Shown: piece by piece, positions 1-14,821 of the stretch
Layout: each line of letters begins with the position of its first letter
How positions within the stretch are numbered: position 1 is the first letter of the stretch
DNA from: Bigelowiella natans CCMP2755
Lineage: Eukaryota; Protista; Cercozoa
Assembly (NCBI GenBank): GCA_000320545.1
Contig: ADNK01003025.1
Span: 135,750-199,749 of the forward strand
Length of the DNA stretch: 64,000 nt
Direction of reading: 5' to 3'
The notes under the pieces: generated by a model
Database searches by the model: none
Seen by the model: the letters and a program-made list of their open reading frames with translations, nothing else
What the model was told of the DNA's origin: nothing
Made by a program: the position numbers and the translations under genes

Positions 1-3000
1 TCCCAGCCTCCACAAGCGGCGAAGTTAAGGTTGCTGTGAAGGTGGCTGATAATGCATACACAACTGATGCGACTGTCTTCGACTACATCGATGTGCCAAC
101 TCTTACATCAGCAGATCCACCAATGTTTGTAAATTCGAAGGCAATGGTGGTTAATGTATACGGTACAAACCTCAAGCATGCTCATCTTGCGTTGTGTCGC
201 TTCAACAATAAGACAGCGGCTCCAGTTATGCAGTGGTTATCTGACACACATGTTCAGTGTATCCTTGAGGCAAACACGACTCTGACGAAAACAGTATCAA
301 TCAGCTTGTACTACAACGATGCCACCATTTCGAATGAAGTAAGCATCGTGGCAAGCGAGAATGAAACTACGATCACGGAGGTTACCCCAACACCATTCTT
401 CCTCGGTACAACTGAGACGATCACGGTGCATGGAGGAATCTTCTACCCATACATCAATTATCTGTGTGAAGTCAAAGCACAGGATGAAGAAAGTTCGATT
501 TCTACAAAAGCAAGATACATCAACTCGAGTGCATTGACCTGTGATGTTTCTCTTACACACCTCGAGATGACTCTTGTAGTGTATAATGGCCTAAGCCCTG
601 TGAGTGCTCCGTTCAATCTAGATGTTCGACCAAGAATTTTGGTATCGGGAAGCTACAGGAAGCTTGTGCCAGCTGGAATGCAAATCAGTCTTGACTTCTA
701 CGGAAACAACTTCACAACGAATACTCGTTGCGAGGTCGGCTCGACGCAGGGTTCTGCAAGTGGCTCGTCTGTGCTACTTCATTGCCAATTCACTCTCTCA
801 GAAAGTGATAAGGTTGTGAAGTTCACAAACATCCCCGGGCAGGAGGATGCTCTATTTGAGATCACGCCATACACCGTCGAGACTGTGTCTAGCGTTGAGA
901 GCGTTCATGCTCTTGGTGTTGAATCGTTCGAGATTCCTATTAAGGGATCTAACTTCCAAAACTCCGAAGATCTCATCTGCAGATCCGGTGCGACTTCATT
1001 CCCAGCAAGATGGATCTCGTCAACTGAAATTCGCTGCTTGGTGCCAAACATGCACGCGGTTGCCAGTAGACCTCTTGAGATTACAGCCAATAAATGGACT
1101 TATACAACAGCAACGGAAGAATGGAATATGTTTGAGAAGCAAGTTCTTATGCAATTCATTAGTCAACCAACACTCACGTCAGGTTTGGTCAATATCGGTT
1201 ATGTCTCAGTTACAGCAAGCGATGTCACAGCTTCATCAAAGCTTCACTGCAAGTTCGGTGATAAGGTAGTGCCAGCTTTCGTCAGCGGTGGCGCTGTCAA
1301 GTGTAAGCTTCCAAGAGACCTACCTGATGCTGTTTACGAAGTCACTGTGAGTAACGTTGGCGATCTTTTCCCAGCTTCTAAACCGGCTGGAGTAGAAATG
1401 TTACCACAAGTAACCAGTGTAAGCACAACTGTAGGAAAATCAGGAACAGAGATTGTTGTCAGTGGTATCGATCTCCGCCCAGATTCTATATGCAAGATTG
1501 GTGGTTCAGCTGTTACAACTACTTACGTATCCGGTACTGAAGTCAGGTGCATTGTACCAGAGCTTTCCGGATATAATGATGTGGCAATTGGACACCCAAG
1601 CGGAATCGAAGCATCGTCCACGATGCAGTACCATGGAATCAACCTGACTCTAACCAGTCTCTCTCCTTCTTACGGTCTGCAAGAGGCAGATGGTATGTAC
1701 GTCACAATTACCGGCTCCAGCTTTGCAGGATTCAAGAACATTTCTTGCTTGTTCAATGCCGTGGCTTCCCTTGGAGAGCCTCTTGGACCAAATACTTTGA
1801 GATGTTCAGTTCCAGCTCACCCTGTTGGAGTCGCGAATGTTAGCGTATCAATTGATGGTGTCAAGGTGCAGAGCCAGTTGCAATTCATCTTTGTTGAGGC
1901 TTACTCTATTGCAGAAATGTACCCATATCGCGGTCTTGTCGACGGAGGCGAAGTGGTACACATTAAGACAAGTAAGATATCTACAGCCGCAGCTTCTTCG
2001 CTCAAGTGTGACTTTAACTACACTCGTGTTGCTGCGGTTGCAGTCAATCCATATTTGATGAAGTGTATCACTCCTTCGAACCTGGTTCCAGGTAGAATCT
2101 CGCTGAGATTAGCAGATAGCTCCGGTTACAAGAGTAACGCGATCAATTTCACTTACTTCGAACGTGTATTCGTTGAGGGTGTATCACCTTCGAACGTGTC
2201 GGTAATCGGTGGAGACGTAATCACCATAACTGGTGAACGATTCTTCGATGGTATCGAGTGCTTGTTCGATAACACAACTGTTGTAGTTGCGACTGTTGTG
2301 AATGCTGAAACGATCACGTGTGTCACCCCAGCGAGATCGCGAGGTGTGTCCGTTGTGGAGGTATCCGATGGTGACCAAATCAAACATTACACGAAATTTG
2401 GAATGAGATTCGAGTATCTTCCTGTAACAAAGGTAACATCCCTTTCTCAAACAAAAGCGCGAGTCGGGGAGTTGGTATCTGTATACGGTGAAAACTTCCT
2501 GAATCTCCCATCACTGCGATGTAACTTCGATGACGAGAGCGTCGCAGCCCTCTGGATCAGCGACAATCACATTGTCTGCTCTGTTCCATTGGCTAAGCCA
2601 CGAAACAGGCACAACTACAGCGTGTCGGTGACAGCCAACGGCTTAGACTCCGACTTGGCCACATCATTTAACTACAAGACTCCATATGTTGTGTCGACAG
2701 TCAATCGAACGGCAGGCTCTCCTTCCGGACTAGACACGGTAATCGTGAACGGAATTCCACCTGGAGCGCCTACGTACTGCCGATTCGGCTCATACATTGT
2801 CGAAGGTGTGTTCCTCGACCACGATACGTTCTCATGTGTCACGCCAACTCACAACATGAGTTCGAACGGCAACCTCACGTTCGCAATTCAAAGGGATGGA
2901 GTTGACGTGTATGTAAGCACATATGACTACATCAAAGACTACATTCCATTCATGGTTCATGGAGAAGTCGAGAAGAAGCCAAAAGCACAGAGTCCTGCTT

Positions 3001-6000
3001 CCCAGACGGGAGGAAAAGTAAGTCTATGCAGCAATCTTCCACAAGATGCAGGAACCTGGATCTGGAACAACTTCACCGTTGCTCTGTGCTTCCAAGTTTC
3101 CTCAGCTTCAGGATTTGAGCTGCCTGCTGCGACTCATCTTCTCACCTCGCCAGCAAAGGGACCTACAGTAACATTCTCCCATAGAAGAGTTGTGTTGCTT
3201 CGACCAGAACCAACAAGAATGCTATGGGGCACCATGCCAATGGACTTCCTATTGATTGGTAGACATTTTGCGTCCACGATGTCTTGCTACATTAATGGTC
3301 TGCAAATGCCTACACAAGTCATTAACGCTACCCATATGCATTGCACAGTCAACCTCTTCTTCCCTGGAGACTTGACCGTAAAGATAAGTGATGGTTTCTT
3401 TGAGACCAATGACGTTCAGGTGACCGTCGTTCATCCAGCGCCAGCTGAATCCACGTCGAAGTTCATGGACACTCCATCAGGAAAGATCATTGTATCCTTC
3501 ACTGGAACCAACATGGACCAAATCACTGATTGCGTTGTAGGAGGAGCTACATCTGGCTTCACCAACACTTCATGCGATATGGACGCAACATCCTACGGGG
3601 TGGCTGTTATTCGTCTCCGTGCAGGTGCAGAGGACAACCTTCTACTTCCACGCGAACACTTCTACTCGCACGTGTCTGCTCCATCTGTATCCAGTATTGC
3701 GATCTCAGGAGGAATTGCGATTCTGAAAGGAAGCAACTTCCTGAATGTCGGAAAGCTGGCATGCTTGATAAGTGCAGATTACAATGCTCTGAAGGTAGAC
3801 GTAATGTCTCCGGGAGTATGGAAGTCGTCTACAGAAATCATGTGTGCACTACCGCGATGGAACTTGCCAGCATTGAAATATAGGATCTCTGTGACAAATG
3901 ACGCAATGCGCTACTCAACAGTTCAACCTACAACAGTGAGAACTATTGGAAGGGTTCAAAGCATTGTGGCAAAGAACCTCGTTTCACCAGTTGACAACTC
4001 CATTAGCACAACTATTTTGATCTCAGGCCTAAATCTCGCAAACGATATCACTCTTGAGGTCAAGGATATTAGAGATCAGTACTTCTATGTCTCATGCAAA
4101 GAGTACAATACCAGCGTGATCTCTTGTCCGGTGCCTTTCAAGTTGGAAAAGAGCATCCAAATTAGACTGAGAAACGGCCAAGACTCTATGTCTACTGTAC
4201 ACAAAATAGAGATTGAGTCTCCGGTCACCCTAACAAGGGCCGAGAAGATGGATCTTCTTGCAACGAGTGATGAGTCATTCATTCTTCATGGATTTGGCTT
4301 TAGCACTCTCAAGAAGGTTGAGTTCTCCAGCAATTTGATCGAGGTTGCTGCTGTCCTAAACGATACGGCTCTACTCTGCCGCCCAACCGGGCTTGGATCT
4401 GGAACTGCTTCTTTGAATATTAAGGGAGCGATTACCAGCGACCTAACAATAGAGCTACTCGACAAGATGAGTATGGTAAGCTTGAGTCCTGTCAGAGGAA
4501 CTATCCATGGCAGAACTATGCTTTCCATCACTGTAAGCTCCGCGGTAAGGAGAGAAGGTCTCAGGTGCAAATACAGTCACAACATGACTTCATATAAGAC
4601 CTTCTACAGTGCAGCTGTCTACAAGGATGCAACAACCATTCTTTGTCTGACGCCGCCTCTCGGGGTTATCAGCACAGAGGAACAGACTGTATCTGTGAGC
4701 ATCATTACGCCTACGACCGGTCTCTCCCTGAACAGCCTGACATTCACATACACTCCAGATAGGTACACGCCTATTGTTCCACCAATTGTCGTGGAAGGAG
4801 TGACGCAGCCTATGCGTGCATGGGCGTCAGGAAATACATCTCTAACAGTGAGGTTCTCCAAACTCCCACTTGATTCCGGATTAAGATGCAGATTCGGAAG
4901 CGTTTCGTCACTTCTTGTACGTACGGGAATGTTCGAGATGGTTTGCAGGAGCCCACCACTTGCTTCGGGTGATCATGTGTTCCAAGTTGTCGACAATAGC
5001 CAAGGTGTTCTTTTCGAAGACATCTTCGTGGTCGATGATGACATCATCTTCAAGCAAATGCAGCTCAAACGTATTCAGCTACCAACCAACCAGGAGCGAT
5101 TCGAAACTGTATTGCTCTCAGTTGTGAAGGCGCCGAATACGGAGAACCTGGCTTGCTTGTTCTCGGATGGCTCTAAAATGGTCGCTACTTGGTACAGCGA
5201 GGACATGGTTGGATGTCAAGTACCTTCAGACATTTCGAAGAGGATGTCGAAAACTCTTGCATTCGAACACAATATCACGCTCATAGCTAATGGACGTGAC
5301 TATTCGTCCGCTTCCTACGAGCTTCGCTACATATACTCGCGCGCCAGCATGATGTCGCTCACCACGCCAATCAGGCCGTACCAGAAGAACACTATTTTCG
5401 TTCAAACCACTGACAAATTCCTTGCCGATCTCGCATATTTCTGCGTGGTGAACGGCGTCTCAGTGGATGCCAGTTACGTCAATGATACCCAGATTCAATG
5501 TACTATCCCACCACAGCAGCCTGGAATTACGTTTGTAAGCCTTGCGTATGCCGTGCCTGGAATGTCAGCGAAACCTCTTGGAGGTGAATTGGGTATTGAT
5601 GTTCCTGAAATGGCAGTAGTGACTTCCATCTACCCCGTGTATGGATCCTCTTTGGGAGGAACCTTGGTGCAAATCAAGGGAGAACACTTCAAGAACGATC
5701 CAAACATGTTATATTGTATGTTCGGAGACAACCAAGTAACTGCAACCTTCGTTAGCGAGACTCATATGACTTGTCTATCTCCAGCGAATGTTGCTACTTC
5801 AGTTGAGGTTGAAGTGTACGAAGGTATAGGTGACAGCATCACTCGCAACGGATTCAGATTCAATTACATCCCAGAACTGTCGATTGAAACAGCGACTACA
5901 GCTGTGGCAATGCACGGCGATAAGGATGTATACGTCAAGGGAACAAACTTCTACAACAGCAAGCACTTGCAATGCAACTATGGCGGAGAGAAACACGACG

Positions 6001-9000
6001 CCCTGTACGTCAGCTCGCAGCTCATCCAGTGTCTCATCAGAAACACTGTAGCACCGTCTAAGAATGGTGTAATGCAGGTAGCAAATGACAATACCACATT
6101 CAGAGGAGAGCATCGTGTCAACATATACCGCCAGCCTTTCGTTCACGGAATTACTCCAGTCCGAGGATACATGCAAGGTGGTGACAGTGTTGATGTGCAC
6201 GGAGTTTACTTCCCAGCAGCAAATACTACCTACTGTCAGTTTGGACAGGCTATCACACAAGCCATATTCGCGAACTCCACGATGGTGACTTGTATGTCGC
6301 CAACCATTGAGAATGCGGTGTCGCTTGACTTCGACTGCTACATGGATAACCAGTTCTATCCAGTACAGTACTGCCAGACGAACCAATCAGCTTCTGTGGT
6401 GCCGGTAACACTTATCTTCGACGACAAGCGTTATATTCCAGAGGTGCGATACTTCCAGTACGTACCAACGCCTGAAGTCTACGAGACTATTCCTGCTCAT
6501 GGTCCAGAGAGTGGCGCAATGGCAGTCACCGTTAAGGGCAAGTACCTCACCGATACCACGCTTTGCGTGTTCGGAGATGTACTTGTGGCATCGGAATACA
6601 AAAGCTCCAAGGAGATAGTATGCCATGCTCCGCCAGCCTCTGCTCAGAAGGTCATCTTCAAGGTCCGAAACTTCGAAGGCGTCTTCTCTGCGGGACACGT
6701 GAAATACACATATGATCACGAAACTGTGGTCGCAAATGTTAGTGTTGCTGTGGGTCCACAATCTGGCGGAGTGGACGTGTTCGTTGGAGGCTCTAACTTC
6801 AAAAACACTGATACAGTGAAGTGCAAGTTCAACGATACGATTGTGAACGGAGTTTGGTTATCCGCTTCCCGTGTTCAGTGTATGGCTCCACCTCATAAGC
6901 GTGGAACTGTCAGGATTCGAGTAAGCAACAACGGATTCGACTTCTCAACGACCTATGCTGAGTTCACATACGAGGTATTCAATGGTATATACCTAGGCAA
7001 TATCCACCAATATGTGGGATCAGAGCACCAGTCAACGAACATCACAGTCAGTGGTTCAGGATTCAGGCCTGGGCTGTCTTGCATGATCAATCACCGTATG
7101 GTGCCTGCACATGTAATCAGCCAGACCTTGTTGTACTGCAACATCCCACCAGCTCAAGAACGCATGGTGTACAAACCCACCGAAATCCGCTTAGTAATGT
7201 CGAGTGGAGCAGTGTGGGACATGACACCAAATGCACTTCCATTCAGCCAGAAGGAACCAACAATCTACTTCTCAGATCCTCTCGCTGTCACACCATTCGC
7301 TCAGGTTTCTCTAACCCTCCATGGAAAGGATTTCAAAAAGCCACAATTTGGTCTCAAATGTGGCTTCAGCGAGTTCAACTCTATGGATCCTAGAGCGGTC
7401 ACAGATGCAGAATATATCTCTGCCAACGTTGTTAAATGTAAGACTCCTTTGCAGTCGGTGTTCCAGTCAGCTGGGGTGGACAACTCCAGTGTTGTGGTGC
7501 GCTTGCTTTACAATGACGTGCAATACACTACCAGCTTCACAACTGTCAGATATATTGCGCAACCAAGTGTGACATCTATTACGAAGAACTTCGGAGTCAA
7601 TGAGACGTTGAACATCATTGGATCTGGCTTCACAAACATTGACAGCTTAAGCTGTAAGGTTGGTGATAAGGTAATCCCAGCGATTTGGAAATCTGAGAGC
7701 GAGTTGATCTGCCACACCGGACGACAAACTCCAGGTGTAAGAACCGTTGAAGTGCGCAACGAGAAGCAAGTATTCTCTAACGCAGGATTGACCTACACCT
7801 CTATCAGAGATGTCCATCTTTACGGTATCCATCCTGCGCATGGTCCAATTGAAGGTGGAACAGCCGTCACGATTTTCGGAAGACATTTCACGACGGATAC
7901 TAAGTGTAAGTTTGGACACAAGACTGCTCTATCGACGGTGTTCTACTCGAGTACCAAGATTGTGTGCACAACTCCCGCACATAATGCAGCCTTCGTGGAT
8001 GTTTGGATGTCTCACAACCATCTCAACTCCAGTAACTCGCTTCCATTCCAGTTCGAACAGGCATCGATGATTGCCAGTGTCACTCCAAGCCTCGTGTATG
8101 CGAAGCAGAACACTACCATCGTGATCAGAGGTCAGAACTTCGTCAAGAATGTGACTACAAAGAGAGGGGTGCTGCAGCACATGAATGGCAACATATTCCT
8201 GGACGTCAAGTTCGGCTCCACTGCAATTGTGAGGCCGTTCTATGTGAACGAGAATATGCTTGTGTTGCAAACACCTAACATTCCACCTGGAGATTATCAG
8301 CTCCAGATTGGTCCAAACAACTACCTGGGCAACAGTATCAAGTTCACTGTCAAGGCTATGCCAGAAGTGTACTCGAGCTGGCCATTAATGACAACTTCAG
8401 ATGTCGTCCTCTCGAAGACAAGCTTCTTCGAGATTTACGGAAAGAATTTCGAGAAAACTGTCAACATGTTCTGCACCTACAACGGTAAGATCCGGCGTCC
8501 TGCGTATACAGTGAACAGCACCGTTATTCGATGCTTCCCACCAAACACGCCATTCAAGGACGAAACTGTAGATATTGGCATCATGCTTGACGACAGAACA
8601 TATCGAAGAATTCCTCCAAGCATCGGCAGCACGGCTGTGTACTACCACCGCCAAACTCAGCTTTATGAGATGGTGCCAAGCTCCGGACTTGGACGTACGA
8701 AGACAGCTCTGATGATCAGAGGAGCAGGATTCAGAAATTCAACGGACATGTTCTGCCGATTCTCGAATGAGATTTATGTCGTGCCTTACTTCATTTCGAA
8801 AACAATGATCATCTGTATGCTCCCAGAGAAGACTGCATTTGCACATCTCAGAGACTCAGACATTGTAAGTGTGCAAGTCACGGTTAACAAACATGACTAC
8901 AGTGAGGTTGTCTACTTCACTTTCGAAAAGGATTGCCCTGTCGGACAATTCTGCTCCGAGGAGCATCATGTATATGATTGCCCAGCGGGAGCTCAGTGTA

Positions 9001-12000
9001 ACAGCTTCAGGTTCGGGTCCAGATTCGACAGCTACGATCTGTGCCCAGAAGGTACTTACCAACCTGTCCCAGGCCAATCCCACTGCAAGCCATGCCCATC
9101 GCCGTTCTACTGTCCTAACAAGGGTCTCAAGATGCCAATCACTTGCCCAGAAGGATATGTGTGCGGAGTTGACGGCAGGATATTGCCTATCGAAGAGCCT
9201 TGCCGACCCGGACACTACTGTGGTCCGGAAACCGCTCTTTCGGTTCAATCGGAGCCCTGGCTCTGGAGGAACGTCACGGATCACCTTCCAAGACAGGGCT
9301 CTGCAAGAGCTTTACAAAGCGTCTCGCAGCTCTCCTCCAAGATATCATACATGTGTCCAAATGGAACTTACTGCCGAGGTGGAGCGACTGGAAATCGTTC
9401 AGATATCCTGCAAGACACCAGGTGGCAAACTCCTCAGCCATGTATGTCTGGCTACCTATGCTACGCGGCTTCGAACGGAAGCATGGGATTCAACGCCTGC
9501 CCAGAGGGTTATTACTGCGTCAACAACGAGAGATTCCTTTGCTCCAAGGGCCACTACTGCCCTATGGCAACTACCAAGCAGATCCCTTGCCCAGTACGCA
9601 CATTCAACAATATGACTGGACAGCCAAGTTGCTTCGATTGTCCAGCTGGATTTATTTGCAATCGAGCTGCACTGAAGAAACCTGTTGTGTGCCCTCGTGG
9701 ATGGGTATGTGATCGAGAGAGACTCATCGTTCCATACTATAGATGTCCTCCAGGTTACTATTGCCTACCAGGAACCAAAACTCTCAACACTACCAAGTAT
9801 GAGGAGCCAAACCGTCCGCAGATTTGCTCGAATGGAACTTTCTGCATGGCTGGTGTTGGATATCCTAACACTTGGTTCGATGGGCGGGAAGGTCCAGCAA
9901 ACTCCATGATGTGCAAGACTGATGACGTGCACTGGGAAGTTTGCGGTTGGAACAGGACTGAGGTCAAGGGTAACTGGCAGCATCCACAGCGTTGTATTCC
10001 GGGTACATATTGCCAACAAGGTTCTAACCAAACCTCGGGGCATGGCCACTGTCCAGTAGGATATTATTGTCCTGCTGGAGTATCGGCACCAAAGATTGCT
10101 TGGTTCGGATACAAGGCGAAGGACATCAATATGATTCAGCAGGAGGCTTGCTCTCCTGGACAGTACCAAGACCATCAAGGACAAACTACTTGCCTGGATT
10201 GCCCGGCTGGATACCAGTGCGGTCAGTTTGCAGGATTTATTCCTAACCTATGCCCACGCGGAACGTACAGAGGACTCAACAACAGCATCATGTGTAAGAT
10301 GTGTCCAGCTGGAAAATGGACTCCATTCCGTGGTGTAACGGACTACTACCAATGCATGCCTTGTCCTGACGGCGAAGTGTGCGGAAATCCAGGCCAGGGT
10401 TCGGTCAACGTTTCACAAAACTGTGTCCAAGGTTACTACTGTGGTGAGTCCACTGACACAAATAGTCAGTTCATGTACAAGTGCGCTGCCGGGTATACCT
10501 GCCCAGATGCAACTGCACCTCACCAACGCAATGATAACCCTTGTCCCGGTGGGTACACATGTCCTGAGGGATCCGGTTACGGTAATAGGCACAGGTTCGC
10601 TTGTCCTATTGGCCACTACTGCCCAAGAGGGTCATACATCTACAACTCAACGGAAGAGGCTAGTGAATATTACATCAATGTGACTTGCCGTCCAGATGAT
10701 CTGCCGCATCCTGATGATTCGAAGGAGCCATGCGGCACTTGGCTGGAGATTACGAAGCTACCACCGAGGCTAACACGGCAAGAGGTAAGAAGGCAGAGCA
10801 GATGCCCTCGAGGTACTACAAGCGAAGCCAGGTCGAAGTTCTTAACTGATTGTACCCCATCGGTCAAGGGAGCCATTCTATTCAGAATGAATCCGGTCAA
10901 CAACTCTTTCAGCTACCAAAATCTTACCCAAAGGGAGGAGGAGCAGATCACTGCCGCAACCTATGATATTCTTCCTCTGGATTACATCAAGATTTCGATG
11001 TCATACTACCATGTTCCACATACAACTGTGTATGGACAGCACTGGCAGCATAGCATCTACCTTGATGGCTACGGTGCCGTTGAATTGCCAGACCAGATTG
11101 CGACGAGGACTGATGTGTCGAAGAACGACTACCAGACCCTACACATCCTCTCATACGCGTAAGTCTTTGTCCTTATTTTAATAATGTTAATGCATTTCAT
11201 ATGAGAGTCTTATTTATTATGATAACCCTCAGGCAAACAAAGATCAACTATTCCGTTGAAATTATTCATGGACGTTACTATGAGGACGCAAACTTATTCG
11301 AAGGCATGGCGAATGTGACAAACGTCTACCCAAATCGGGCAGAATTCGGTACAAGGAAGGCGTTTATGGCTTACTATAATGCTCCTTCAAGGCGTATTGC
11401 TTTCCCTAAAAACCTGCCAATGAAGCCAAATCCTGGAGTCGTAATAACGTAAGTTTTGATTCACAAAAAATCCTAGTAAGTTAATCTCACAATATGTGTT
11501 TTTCTTTTAGCGAAACATCCACGAACAAGACGAAGGTCGACAACTTCTACAAGGAGGATATTACGGTGAATCCTGAGGATTTCCCAAGCTCGAAAATGGT
11601 GCTGCCATATTTCCCATATTTCTCCAAGTGCAAGGGTTACGACAACACTCTACCGATCTTCGCGATTCTCGAAGACGAGAAGTACTGCGACCTGATCGAA
11701 CCAAGATACACACGGCCTATCGAAGACTTCACCATCTTGCGAGAGGTCGTTGGAGACGAATGTCACGCAAAGATCGACTGTTTGTATGATGAAGATCTCG
11801 GATCGGCGGAAGCGCTGCCACGATGGTTCGAAGCACAAGCAGCAACTGAGATCTTGTTCTACTTGCCTCCCTTCGGTATCGACTCTGATGATATGAGTGA
11901 CTCTGCGCTCAAAGCTCAAGTTGACCCAGATACACTGGTGCCAGTTAGAGTCAGCAAGGAGGCGAAGAACTTTGCAGGCATTCCAAGACAGGTCATCTTG

Positions 12001-14568
12001 ACCATCAATTACTGGCAGATGGACGAGTCAGTAAAGAAAATTATCAAGGCGGAATTAAGTTTCGACGACTATGACAGCCTTGAAACCGTGGATGACTACA
12101 AATTGAACATCAAGCTGGAGCCGTTCACTTATGTTGACCTCGTAAACAATGCAGCGTTCGAGATTCATGTGTACGTGGGATTGTTTATGTTGATGTCCCT
12201 ATTAAACTGCGGCTTCATCGTGATGTTCTGGTTCTTCCACCGCATCTTCACCCGTCTGAAGTTCCCTCCTGCGTTGAGAATCTGGAAGTACATGAGGGTA
12301 CTTATACCAACTGCCACCTACGGATGGCTTTTGGCTGTACCATCTCTTTCTATTGTTATGCTTACTGCATACAGTATGTTCATTGAGATGAACTTCGTGT
12401 TCTTCTCCGATTTCATCAAGAACACTCCTGCATCTAGTTTCTACAGCATCATTCCTTCTGACGAGGACCTTATACTTTCGTGGCAGTATGGCCGTGCCGG
12501 TGTCGGATTCCTAATCATTGGAATCTTCATCATCATGGAAGGTGCACAGATGCTGATCAGGAAGAAACATTACACCCATGCCCCAGCTGGCGATCTTAAC
12601 CCAAAGGTTGGTCAGTGGGTGCCTGGAGAATGGAGACGTGGATTCTTTGTCCTCGTGTCTGTTTTCACAGCTCTAGGATGTGCGACAATAATTGTATGTT
12701 CCTACTCGCTCAAATTCCGTGCGAGTCTGTTCGAATTTGTAATTGCTATCAAGCTCTTCAGTTACGCAGTTGAAGGATTCTTGTTAGAAGTCACCCAGGA
12801 TGCACTCATCATTACACCATTGTCGCTAACGTTGGTCTTGATGCAATTCATGATCTGCATGGCTGGAGAGACCTTCCTCGAGTTCGTAGGAGCGTTTTAT
12901 CTCCAATTCTTCGTGTCTGTGATGGCTGGAGTCCACCTTACCGATCTGACTAATTCTTTGAGGCAGAGAGCAAGGAAATTCGTCAGATGGGTCAAATTCT
13001 CTCTCAACATTGAAGAACCCGACTCTGCAAAAGATATCATGGAAGAAATGGCCAATGCAACGAGTCTCGAGCCTCTTGTCTGGATTATGCAAAGCTACGC
13101 GATGTCCTTCCTGGTCCTCGTGTCTGCACCGATGATGCTGATCTTCATCTCTTACTACAACCAAGTTCTTCGAATTGACAAATTCTACGAAATTGACGAA
13201 AGAAATGAGTGGATGTATCTGCTCTTCATCGGAATGGTTATCTTGCCACACGTTGTGCTCGATATCATCTTGCTCAACGTGCAGGAATTATTCCATGGCC
13301 ACCGCGTCTACGAATACATTTCATATACCAAGTTCAGATTCAATACCCGACGTGTCCGATGGCAGCTGTTCGCAGATGCTATGGACAGGGGTGTTGCACG
13401 ACAGTTCAGAGCTCTGGACCTCGTGGCTTTCTCATCCCAGTTCTACTTTGCTACCCTTGTCCACGCGATCGGAGTATTCTCCTTCGTGATGGGATTAGTG
13501 ATTGTTGTTGCCCAGGATTTCAACCCATTCGGAGACCCTGTGCTCCCACTCATCGTCGCACTGCTCTGGGCTGTGTGTACGTTTGTGAAGTTCGGAACTC
13601 TCAGACTTGGAAACATCCTGAATATCTGGCAAGTACCACTCGTGCGCAAGCGCGACATGGTTCATGTGCGACAGAATGATCCTACCGTGCCAGTGTGGGA
13701 CAAGAAGTACAAAGCAACTGTCGATCTCACGATTGACAAGAAATATATCACTAACGAAGTTGTACAGATGGAGCATTTCAGGCACTCATTCGTCAAGCAT
13801 AATCGTCCTTGGATTGTACAACAATTGAAGGATCTCTTAAGACACGACATTCTACTCAGACACAGGACTGTGTATAAGAATGTACTCGAGTTCATGAGTA
13901 AAATGCTGATGATGGATGATCCTGGGAGCTCAGATTCTGATGATACTGAATACGAAGTGAATCTATTTGGTATATCGAAGGATATCGCTATGATGTGGAT
14001 CATTCAAGCGAGACGACGAGTCTACTTGAGGAAGCTTGCAAAACCAGTGATCGATTCGATGCTGGCACCAAACTGTGTGATGTGTGGAGCACGAAATCGT
14101 ACTCTACGCGTCTGGTTTGCACAGCCAGTAACGAAAATTATCAACATTTACGAGATGGCGAACATGAAGAAGGTTCTCGTCAAAGAGCACTGGCAGGCTT
14201 ACTTGCGAAACACCTCTGTTACGCATCACACGCTATGTCTCAGTTGCTCGAGAAAAGCAGACCAAATTCGCTTGTTCGTCGTCAACAAGACCGCTGTCAG
14301 GATTGCAGAAGCGTGGGTTTCCATTCTACGCAACAAGAAGGCAGAGCAAAAGCGCCGACGCGCTCGGGATGGAGCTGCGCAAATGGAAGTCTCCTCGGAC
14401 TCAGAGTCTTCGGACCCAGAAGGAAAGCAAGACGGAGTGCCAAAGCTTATCCATATGCACACCAAAGCTATCTTGGATGCTTGGCACAAAATTGTCACCG
14501 ATGCACCTATCGAGGAGGATAAAACTTCCACTGATGATGAAAGCTCTTCTGACTACGATGTTCAGTGA
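1..14568 (+). CDS. Giant (>4,800 aa, 5' end outside window) receptor-like membrane protein: many IPT/TIG repeats, Cys-rich GCC2/GCC3 (ephrin-receptor-like) repeats, ~10 TM segments, cytoplasmic tail. Exons <1-11158, 11233-11448, 11511-14568
   Basis: Frame open from base 3. Repeated 'GGxxVxVxGxxF...CxFG...A...SxxxxxCxxP' IPT motifs, then 'CPxGxYCP' repeats (~8930-10850), then hydrophobic segments in ORF 11494-14568. GT-AG introns 11159-11232 and 11449-11510 join the three ORFs in frame (SYA|QTKIN; VIT|ETS). Confidence 0.9.
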
Positions 14569-14591
14569 AAGGATAGAATTTTAAAAGTAGC

Positions 14592-14821
14592 GACGTTCTC
14601 GGAGCATATCTCCTTGTAGATTTCCGCTACTGAAAGGACTATCCAATAGCAAGAGGTGGAGTGTTAGATTTTGACATTTAGTTTCTCGCAGATTTTCCGC
14701 CAAAAGGTGATGTTCTCGAAACGATGTTTTATCTTATCGTACCTTCCAAGTTATTGCTTCAACTACAGGAAAATCCACACAATGACGATGTTCTCGGAGC
14801 ATTTCTCCTTGCAGATTTCCG
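14592..14821. repeat. 35-bp direct repeat (14592-14626 and 14787-14821) just 3' of the giant gene
   Basis: GACGTTCTCGGAGCATATCTCCTTGTAGATTTCCG vs GATGTTCTCGGAGCATTTCTCCTTGCAGATTTCCG. Confidence 0.8.

Noticed and set aside
8869-9712. Alternative-frame ORFs within the giant gene
   Set aside because: Shadow ORFs of a long coding exon with no motifs of their own.
11159-11510. Stop-codon readthrough, frameshift or separate genes in the giant ORF
   Set aside because: Two canonical GT-AG introns explain the breaks.
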